DNA of 64,000 nt, from assembly GCA_951406725.2 (NCBI GenBank), contig OX597814.1:82646001-82710000 (forward strand), written 5' to 3'. Position numbers and translations under genes: made by a program. This stretch comes from Octopus vulgaris. Its lineage: Eukaryota. Shown here one piece after another: positions 51,892 to 60,156 of this stretch (position 1 is its first letter; every line of letters begins with the position of its first letter). A model generated the notes under the pieces. That model did no database searches. It was not told the origin of the DNA and saw nothing but the letters and a program-made list of their open reading frames with translations.

Positions 51892-52235
51892 CTTTCTTTA
51901 ACTAGTTTTAGTCATTAGACTGCGGTCATGCTGGGGTACCACCTTGAAGAATCAACCCCAGTATTTATTCATTGTTAAGCCTGGCACTTTATTCTATTGG
52001 CTTCTTTAGCCAAACTGCTAGGTTACAGGGACACACCAATGCAGGTTGTCAAGTGGTGGTGGGGGACAAACACAATGGGCTTCTTTCAGTTTCTGTCTAC
52101 CAAATCTACTTGCAAGGCTTTGGTTGGCCTGAGGCTACAGTAGAAGACACTTACTCAAGATGCTATGCAGTGGGACTGAACCTAGATCATGTGATTGGGG
52201 AGCAAGCTTCTTACCACACAGCCACACCTGTGCCT
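51892..52235 (-). mobile_element. SINE family A
   Basis: Head and tail (TAGTCATTAGACTGCGGTCATGCTGGGGTACCACC) both present. Confidence 0.85.
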
Positions 52236-52357
52236 ATGCAAAAATCTACAAATTACTGCAAAGAGGTATGATTGATTGATTGATTGATTCTAGTTTCAGC
52301 TTATGAGCTGTGGCCATGCTGGGGCACCGCCATTTGGTGTTGCTACTTGGTTTCACT

Positions 52358-52603
52358 TCACGAAAGCTTTCTAGCAACTGCCATTTGGTGCATGAGAGAG
52401 TTCGATGCAGCTGCCTTCATCTGCCCCTCCTGCCATGAAGTTGGTTCATCTGGGACACCTGACAGGAAGAGATCCAGCTTCATTTTAAAGACATCTGCAT
52501 CCACCCCATGCAGGTCTCTCAGGTTCTTCGGGAGGATATTGAAGAGCTGTGGGCCTCGGAAGCCCAGGCTATCACAGAATCTTGTCCTACATCTTGATGG
52601 CAA
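52358..52603 (-). pseudogene. Frameshifted true C-terminus of LINE ORF2
   Basis: SLGFRGPQLFNILP...VFKMKLDLFL is the typical CR1-group ORF2 end, but it is out of frame with the main ORF. Confidence 0.85.
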
Positions 52604-55341
52604 GTTTGGCAGTGGCGCCCAGTTCTGGCATTTGCGTAACTCTCGATGCCAAAGTTCAGGACACGCCCCTCCAGGATCTTCCAGATGTATATTATGGCAT
52701 ATCTTTCCTGCCTACGCTCCAGGGAATATAGTTTTAATCTCTTGAGTCTTTCCCAGTAGCTTACATTCTGCATAGAGGCTATCTTCTTCGTGTAGCTACG
52801 TTGGATCGCCTCGAGCTCTGTGATCAACTTGACACTGGATGGTGACCATAACTGAGAGCAGTAGTCAAAGTGGCTTAGGACAAGTGTCCTCCAGAGGACC
52901 ATCATGATTTCTTGTTCTCTTGTTCTAAAGGTTCTGAGGATCCATCCGGCCAGTCGTCTACATTTCATTGCCAATTTAGCAACATGTACACGAAAGGTCG
53001 CGTCATCACTCATGTAAATACCTAGGTCACGCACTGATTGTGCCTCTGGGATTGCTATTCCTCCGGGTCCAGTGTATTCATTGGGTATTGCATTTAGTTT
53101 TGCATGCTGATAGTATAGAGCTTGAAACTTTTCAGCATTGAACTGCATGCTATTCTTTTCGGCCCACTTGTATATTTTGTCTAGCTCACATTGCAGGTGT
53201 TTAGTGTCCTCAGGGTTCTGTATTGCCTGTGAAACTTTTGTATCATCTGCATAACTTGTGATCGTGGCTTTCTGCGTGGCTGAGGGCATGTCTGAGAGGG
53301 CCATTATGAACAGTAGTGGTCCCAGAACAGTGCCCTGCGGAACACCGCTCACTATTTGCGTGTTAATGGAAGTGGCCCCATTGGCCACTACCACCTGACT
53401 TCTATCTTTCAGAAAGTCATGAAGCCATTCTCCCAGTTTTCCAACTATGTTGAGATCACGCAGTTTGTGACATATCATTCCATGATCGACTTTATCAAAG
53501 GCCTTTGCAAAGTCGAGATATATCACTTCCACATTTGAGTGGTTGAGCAGCCGTTTCAGCACCCAGTCATAGTGTTGTAGGAGCTGAGTTAAACAGCTTC
53601 TCCCTGGTCGGAAACCATGTTGGGTGTCGGGCAGCAAGTCATTCTCTTCAAGGAAGGTGATCAGCTTCCTTCTGACTATTCGTTCCATGACCTTGCTGAT
53701 GTGTGAGGTCAGAGAGATAGGTCTATAGTTCTTGGCTTCCGCTCTGCTACCTCCTTTATGAATGGGGCATATTTTACCTTCCTTCAGTTTTCTTGGAAGT
53801 TTGCCAGCTGCAAGGAAGCTCTGAAAGAGGAACTGCAGTGGTCTTGCTAGGACTCTCTTACATGCTTTTAGGAGGATTGCCGGGAATCCATCGGGGCCAG
53901 TAGCTGAGTCTGTTTTCATTTCATCTATAGCCTTGATTACATCGTCTTCCTTTATATCGATGTAATCTATCGTCGCCGCCTCTGATTTTATATCTGCAGT
54001 GGTAAAAAAGTCAGTTGGATTGGTGATTTGGAGATGCCCAAGGGGTGGAGTGAAAACACTCTTGAATTGCTCATTTAGTATTTCACTTACCCTCATTGGT
54101 TTTCCTGTAAGTGTGCCATCCTTTTCGAGGAGTGGCCCTATTCTACAGTGCACCGTAGCTGTTTCTTTGGCATACCTGTAGAAAGCTCTGGGGTTAGATT
54201 TTATGTTGTCTATAGCCCAGGCTTCTTTGTCTGCTCTTTCCTTTTCATGGGAGAGTTGCAGACATTTTTCGATTTCCAACAGTTTTATTTTTAGGCGGGA
54301 CTTTTCACTGCTTTCAATCTGTTTGTTTAGGCGATTTGAAAATTTTGTACGCTGTCTCATTAAAATTTTCCTCTCTCTGGGGATTTTGTTCTTGTGTACA
54401 GTGGCCTTTCTCTCTGGGACACATTTGTAGCATATGGCTTGCATTACAGACATGAATTGTTGAAGTTTCACGTTGATGTCTGGCGAGGAGAGACATTTAG
54501 GCCAGTTTTGTTTGAGGATCTCTTTCTCAATTTGTTTCCAGTTTGCCTTATGGTAGTTCAAGCTGGAAAGATTCTGAGGGTTTCTTGTAGGCTGCATGTC
54601 CGTGCTCTCTTTTGGCCCGTACATGGTCAGCTCTATCATGTTGTGATCCGAGAGTAGTATCGGTGTCACTTTCACATTATGGATGAGATCCATGTCATTT
54701 GTGAAGCAGAGATCCAGTGTGTTACCTGCCCTGGTTGGTTGGAGTATTACCTGCTCCATGTACAGGGTGTTGATGAGGTTCAGGAGGGACCTCGCCTGTC
54801 CTCGTTCACATCTTGTCATTCCTGGGAGAGAAAGGCCCTCGGGCCATCTGACATTAGGCAGATTGAAGTCTCCCATAAGAAGTACACTTATGTGTTGTTC
54901 TAATGTGGTTAGAACTTCTTCTATTTTTATAAGGCAGTCTTCAAACTTGCCCACATGGCTTGGGGCATCTGGAGGGCGATATGTAGCACACACAACTACA
55001 TCAAGTTGCCTAATATGTACAATTAGTGTGTCACACACCGAGTTTGAGTATGACAAGAGGACCTGGGGTGTGAGGTCCTCACGGATGTACATAGCAACAC
55101 CTCCATGACTCCTTTCTTTCCTGTCGGTCCGTAGTACAGCATACTGTGGTATGTGTAACTCCGCATCTGCTATATCCGGTTTCAGGTGCGTTTCCGTAAG
55201 TGCTATGCATAAGGCTTGATTGCATGCAACAACAAAGTCTCTCAGGAACGGGATTTTTGTCCTGTTACTGAGTGTTTGCAGTCCTCTGATGTTCAGTAGG
55301 AGCATCGAGGTGAGGTGTACGTTGTTGCCGGCGGTGTCCAT
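52519..55341 (-). CDS. LINE ORF2: apurinic-like endonuclease + reverse transcriptase (frame open to 55464; first ATG at 55341)
   Basis: EN motifs LNIRGL, LTETHL, YRPP, MGDFNLP, NTLDL and LSDH. RT motifs GPDG, NYRPISLTS, QHGFR, YLDFAKAFDKV, GVPQGTVLGPLLF, YADD and RDLGI. Confidence 0.95.
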   Translation of the reverse strand: MDTAGNNVHLTSMLLLNIRGLQTLSNRTKIPFLRDFVVACNQALCIALTETHLKPDIADAELHIPQYAVLRTDRKERSHGGVAMYIREDLTPQVLLSYSNSVCDTLIVHIRQLDVVVCATYRPPDAPSHVGKFEDCLIKIEEVLTTLEQHISVLLMGDFNLPNVRWPEGLSLPGMTRCERGQARSLLNLINTLYMEQVILQPTRAGNTLDLCFTNDMDLIHNVKVTPILLSDHNMIELTMYGPKESTDMQPTRNPQNLSSLNYHKANWKQIEKEILKQNWPKCLSSPDINVKLQQFMSVMQAICYKCVPERKATVHKNKIPRERKILMRQRTKFSNRLNKQIESSEKSRLKIKLLEIEKCLQLSHEKERADKEAWAIDNIKSNPRAFYRYAKETATVHCRIGPLLEKDGTLTGKPMRVSEILNEQFKSVFTPPLGHLQITNPTDFFTTADIKSEAATIDYIDIKEDDVIKAIDEMKTDSATGPDGFPAILLKACKRVLARPLQFLFQSFLAAGKLPRKLKEGKICPIHKGGSRAEAKNYRPISLTSHISKVMERIVRRKLITFLEENDLLPDTQHGFRPGRSCLTQLLQHYDWVLKRLLNHSNVEVIYLDFAKAFDKVDHGMICHKLRDLNIVGKLGEWLHDFLKDRSQVVVANGATSINTQIVSGVPQGTVLGPLLFIMALSDMPSATQKATITSYADDTKVSQAIQNPEDTKHLQCELDKIYKWAEKNSMQFNAEKFQALYYQHAKLNAIPNEYTGPGGIAIPEAQSVRDLGIYMSDDATFRVHVAKLAMKCRRLAGWILRTFRTREQEIMMVLWRTLVLSHFDYCSQLWSPSSVKLITELEAIQRSYTKKIASMQNVSYWERLKRLKLYSLERRQERYAIIYIWKILEGRVLNFGIESYANARTGRHCQTCHQDVGQDSVIAWASEAHSSSISSRRT

Positions 55342-56207
55342 CCTGGGTCTGTTTGCTGTGGTGGTCTGGTATATAGTGGGTAGTCCCACCTGCGGGATTG
55401 GGTTTGATGAAGCCTGGTCAGCTGCTGTACAATCTTTTGTACCATGCACAAAAAAGATTGTTGCTCAGCAGCTGCCCTTTCGACAACATCATGTTGGTGG
55501 TTTGTGGCACGCACAACATCTGCGTACCTCCTCTTTGGGGCAAGTGGTGCGTGGTCCATCCCTTTTCCTTGTGTTGATGGTTTGTCCATCTGCCTCGTGT
55601 CTCTGTGGCAGGGTCCCCGATGTGCAAAGCGGCAGCCTGCACCTTCCTTTCCATGCCAGCAGGAACCTCTCAGGTAGAACCTACACACCTGTGTGCGCTG
55701 TTTGTTTCCATCTTTTGCGGTTCCACTTCTATTCCTGGTTTTTTCACCCTTTGGTCCTGCTTGAGCTTTTCCTTTAGCTCTTCCAGCCCTTCTTTTAGTT
55801 CTTTTAGTTCTTCCTCCTCCCTTTACCTCTTCACCGGGTTCTCCGTCTCCATGGCCCTTGCTGCCGGTTGGAGAACTTGCACCTGGGTTCACTTCCCGGG
55901 CAGGTTTCTCATTCAAAACCTCCTCCCGGGCGTCCACCAGGTGGGGGTGACTTCTTTCATCGTCTCCATTCTTGCCATCTTTGCCCCGCTCGTTCTCAAA
56001 GATGGCATCAAGTGCGCCAATGTGCGACCGTATAAGCGCATATGAGCGCACGAATTCCCGTCTCTTTCGCTCCATCTGAGCCGCTGTCCTCTTGTAGCCT
56101 TTGTTCTTCAGCGCAGCCGCAATCACCTCGCTAGGGCTATCTCCGTCGGCGCACTTCAAGGCTCGTACGAATAAATCTAGTTCGTCAGATCTCCATGCTC
56201 TGGACAT
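55293..56207 (-). CDS. LINE ORF1 (304 aa): N-terminal Myb/SANT-like trihelix domain, basic linker, CCCH zinc finger
   Basis: W..DE..LF...L...IAAALKNKGYKRTAAQMERK...F.RSY (aa 5-56), C175-x7-C-x8-C-x3-H196, and a YADVV motif. It lies directly upstream of ORF2. Confidence 0.85.
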   Translation of the reverse strand: MSRAWRSDELDLFVRALKCADGDSPSEVIAAALKNKGYKRTAAQMERKRREFVRSYALIRSHIGALDAIFENERGKDGKNGDDERSHPHLVDAREEVLNEKPAREVNPGASSPTGSKGHGDGEPGEEVKGGGRTKRTKRRAGRAKGKAQAGPKGEKTRNRSGTAKDGNKQRTQVCRFYLRGSCWHGKEGAGCRFAHRGPCHRDTRQMDKPSTQGKGMDHAPLAPKRRYADVVRATNHQHDVVERAAAEQQSFLCMVQKIVQQLTRLHQTQSRRWDYPLYTRPPQQTDPGWTPPATTYTSPRCSY

Positions 56208-56264
56208 GCTGGATGATCTGTCTATTTGTTTATCTATCTAACTATGTTCGAGAGAAGACAAGAA

Positions 56265-56952
56265 GATATTAAGGCTAATTAGAAGATAGAGTATTTGAAA
56301 AAAAAATATTAACAATATTAAAGTTTGTGGGTAAAAACGTTATTTAATCTTAAGGCTAATTAGGATATAGAGTATCTGAAAATATATTAGCAATATTAAT
56401 ATTATATTAGAGTGTGGGTAAAAAGGTTTTTTAATCTTAAGGCTAATTAGAAGATAGAGTATTCAAAAATATATTAAAGTGTGGGTAAAAATGTTAAAGT
56501 GTGGGTAAAAACGTTATTTAATCTTAAGGCTAATTAGAGGATAGAGTATTATTAATATTAACAATATTAAAGTTTGTGGGTAAAAACGTTATTTAATCTT
56601 AAGGCTAATTAGGAGATAGAGTATCTGAAAATATGTTAACAATATTACTATTATATTAAAGTGTGGGTGAAAAAGTTAAAGTGTGGGTAAAAACGTTATT
56701 TAATCTTAAGGCTAATTAGAGGATAGAGTATCTGAAAATATATTAACAAATATTTAAAATGTGGGTAAAAAGGCTAATTAGAAGATATTAGAGTGTGGGT
56801 AAAAAATCAGAAGATGTTAAAGTGTGGGTAAAAACGTTGTTTATTCTTAAGGCTAATTAGAAGATAGAGTATCTGAAAAATTATTAAACAATATTAAACA
56901 ATATTAAACGTTATTTAATCTTAAGGCTAATTAGAAGATAGAGTATCTGAAA
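56265..56952. repeat. Tandem array in the LINE 5' UTR, 9 units of ~64-106 bp
   Basis: AAGGCTAATTAG recurs at ~56271, 56352, 56439, 56526, 56601, 56707, 56770, 56849 and 56923. Confidence 0.95.
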
Positions 56953-57834
56953 GAGGAGAGATGAGAGGGTAAGAAAGAGGGGAAAGATTATTAAAGTTCG
57001 TGAAAGTTCACGTCCATGCATATATACGCATACATATATACATACACGCACACACACATACATACACGTGCACACACACACATATACACAGACGGGGAGA
57101 GAAGGAAGGTGGAAAAAAAAAGAAAATGAGTGAAAATATATTAAAATATATATATATTAAAGTGTGAAGAAAGGGTTATTTAATTCTGAAGCCAATTTCT
57201 GCCTTCGAGAACAGATATTGAGATGTAAACAAACAAAAATGGCGATCGTAACTTTAACGGAGATGTGGGCTTAAGTTAAGGGGGATAAAATAGGATAATA
57301 AACAAAATATGAAATAGAAGATGAAAGTGATACTTAATCCAACGATGTGGTCTGGATTTTTTGTGGTTTGCGGGATTATTTTCCAGGAGATGTTTCTTTT
57401 TCCTTCTTCTAGGAGATAAGTTACTTCAGTGAGTTTTTCCACCATGTGCGTTTTCGGCGAAAACAAAAATTATTACTGTATTTGGCTTCAGGCAAAGTAT
57501 ATTACGTTTTTGATTAATATATTTGTAACCGAAGTGTTGTAGTGGACTTTATGAGTTGAATTTGTGACTTTCAGTAGATTATTTCACCGATTTATGCACA
57601 CTTTCTGCCTTTTTTAAACAGAGCAAAGGCGATACACGACTTTCCCTGTCGGAACCGGAAATACATATACGTATATAGACAATAGAACTGATTCTAGTAC
57701 TTCACTTGAAATTTATCTATTCTAGGTGAGTGAAAGACTAATTTTGACATTAACTGAATTTGAACTCAAGGTACAAAAAGATGTATCTGAATACTGCAAG
57801 GCATTTTCTGGGCCCCTTCACTACTCCTATATTA

Positions 57835-58000
57835 TCTTTTACTTCTTTCAGACAGTGACCATGCCAGTGCACCACCTTGAAGGGTTTTAGTTGAACAAAT
57901 TGACCCCAGTATTTTTTTTTAAATGTGTTACTTATTCTATTAGTCTCTTTTCTTGAACTGCTAAGCTATAGTAATGTAAACAGACCAACACCAAGCAATG
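57835..58000 (-). mobile_element. SINE family A 3' fragment
   Basis: GACCATGCC.GTGCACCACCTTGAAGGG...TTGACCCCAGTA...TACTTATTCTAT. Confidence 0.65.
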
Positions 58001-58088
58001 ACAAAGACTGACACAATGACTCAGTCACTCACTCTCACACATACACACATACACCCCCCCCCCACATATATATATACACATGTAGGCA

Positions 58089-58119
<31 letters not shown>

Positions 58120-58148
58120 TTACTTGCAGTTAAACATATGTCCAGTTA

Positions 58149-58212
58149 TAGAGTAACCAATGGTTTCGTATCCATAAAGCACTTAGCTTTATAGATGGCT
58201 TGTCAGACTCTA
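58149..58212 (-). ncRNA. Type-I hammerhead ribozyme motif with a single CpG-type core substitution
   Basis: tagagt-CTGACAA-gcc-atctataaagc-taagt-gctttatggat-ac-GAAA-cca-t-tggT-T-actcta: 6-bp stem I, 11-bp stem II, 4-bp stem III. Confidence 0.8.
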
Positions 58213-58257
58213 AAGGAAGAGGGCATATAACCTCTCTTGACCAGACATATATTCCTT

Positions 58258-58457
58258 TATTCTTTTAGCACAAGGCCCTAAATTTTGGGGGAGGGGACCA
58301 GTCGATTAGATTGACCCCAGTACGCAACTGGTACTTAATTTATCGACCCCGAAAGGATGAAAGGCAAAGTCAACCTTGGCGGAATTTGAACTCAGAATGT
58401 AGCGGCAGACGAAATATCGCTAAGCATTTCGCCCAGCGTGCTAATGTTTCTGCCAGT
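58258..58457 (-). mobile_element. SINE family B, young copy
   Basis: Near-consensus and CpG-retaining (TTTATCGACCCCGAAAGGATGAAAGGCAAAGTCAACC). Confidence 0.9.
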
Positions 58458-58479
58458 ACTGCTCTAACCTTTTGAGTGT

Positions 58480-59990
58480 GCTTCTTTTTCGGATATATGA
58501 TCCATTGACAGATGGATATGTAAACAAAATACGACCAGACCTGGTCAATAATTAGACACTTGGGTCTCTACAACACACTATCCCGGAAATGCGAGCAAGT
58601 TTGACCTGAAGCTGAATGTGGTCTTTGTGCCTTCAGAGAGAAACAAGGCAGACGCTCTAACCAGGGTAAAAAAGTCCTGGTTAGGGGAGCCAGGAGAATC
58701 GAAGCAAGGGGTAGCCGTGGTGTGCCAGTTAAATGACTGAGAGCTAAGGAGACTGCATGCCAAGCATCATATTGGCTTGGATAGGACCCTGTATCTGAAC
58801 AGGAGGATTGACGCCGACATTACCAGATGGAGCATCCAAAAGGTGGTCAGGAACTGTGACAGGTGTCAATCCATCGACCCTGCTCTAGGTGTGCATGAGC
58901 AGGGGAACATTTCGGTAGAGCACAACTGGAGACGACTAGCAGTGGATGTAACACACTACCGGCAGGGGACGTATCTTTAAATGGTTGATTGTGGGCCGGG
59001 CCGGATGGCTATTTGGAGGGAATTGAGGGCAGGCACTGTGGAAAAGATGATGGCATGTATTCTAAACAAGGTATTTTTAGAGCAAGGCCCTGTGGATGAA
59101 TTGATGATAGACAACAGCACAGCATTTCATTCGGAGGTGCCGAAGGAGATCGTTGACAAGTGGAAAGTGCACCGCTTTTTCAGAGTGGCATACAGGCCAA
59201 GTGGAAATGGGATCGTGGAGAGACATCATCAAATGATCAAACCATGGCGGAGAGGGGACATGTCTTGCCACTGGAAGTGGTGTTCTGGTACAACATGTCA
59301 CCCTGATCAGGACAGGCCAAAGAGTCAGTGCCACATAGAGCAATATTCAAATATGAATGGTGGCATTCGACTAAACCATTGAGATACCCTGTAGAAGTGA
59401 GAGTGCCTGAATTTGTGGAGGTGGGAGATGAAGTCTGGGTCAAGCCACCAAAGGCACGCTGCACAACTCAGTGGAACAGAGGTATAGTGGTGGCTGTCAA
59501 TTCCCAAAACAACATTTCTGTGGATGGAATACCGCATCATGTCGTAAGATTGTTGCTTCATCAGATGATGATTGTAGATAAGGGGAAGAGAATGAGGCTC
59601 TCCGTTTAAGAAGATCACAACGTGCAAGGTGCCACCCGGTTGGGTGGTAGATTTCAACATGAAGTGAAGTAAGGAGATGATCTTTGAGATCAGGGAGGCA
59701 TGTGGACATGAGCCGGAAGAAGAGGGCCATGATGTCAATGGTCAAGGGACTGACCAAAAGAGGAAGCATGAGAAGGGAAGTGTGGGAGAGACAGGACAGG
59801 GCTGACCTCCTCTTGCCCACTGAGGCATCATGGTTAGATAGTAGCTGCTTATACTGAGTGCCAAGGTAGGGCAGGATCGCTGGAATGACTACTATTAGAC
59901 AGGTCCAGATGAGAGAGGAAGGTAGGTGAACCTCTTTTCATTTCCCATGCATGACAATCACCTTTGCAATGGCCAATTTCATGTGATTGG
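58480..59990 (+). mobile_element. Gypsy/Ty3 LTR retrotransposon 3' remnant (RNase H end, integrase, PPT, 3' LTR)
   Basis: NKADALTR; HHCC motif (H.KHHIG...CDRC); LAVD, MVD, IDN..AF, PSGNGIVER and VGDEVWVK. Stops at 58738 and 58978 and a frameshift near 59245. Purine tract then TGT at 59701; the right boundary is uncertain. Confidence 0.85.
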
Positions 59991-60109
59991 CTTTTGCTGA
60001 AGGAGTAAGTTTGACACTGCTGCCTATATATATATATGTGTGTATATATATTTTTTATGTATGTGTGTGTATATGTATGTATGTACATATATGTATATAT
60101 ATGTACATA

Positions 60110-60154
<45 letters not shown>

Positions 60155-60156
<2 letters not shown>

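Larger units (their letters stand above)
52271..57660 (-). mobile_element. Near full-length, young CR1-group LINE (~5.4 kb)
   Basis: ORF1 and ORF2 (APE-RT), a short 3' UTR ending in (CAAT)n at 52271-52289, and CpG-retaining 5' sequence to ~57660. The 5' boundary is inferred and no TSD was found. Confidence 0.92.

Noticed and set aside
53356-56045. Plus-strand ORFs antisense to the LINE (up to 185 aa)
   Set aside because: These are the expected shadow ORFs opposite GC-richer coding sequence and contain no motifs.
56265-56952. CRISPR-like appearance of repeat plus variable spacer
   Set aside because: The spacers are rearrangements of the same modules rather than unique sequences, there are no cas genes, and the context is eukaryotic.
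52255-57680. Target-site duplication around the full-length LINE
   Set aside because: No matching direct repeat was found at the two inferred ends, so the 5' boundary remains approximate.
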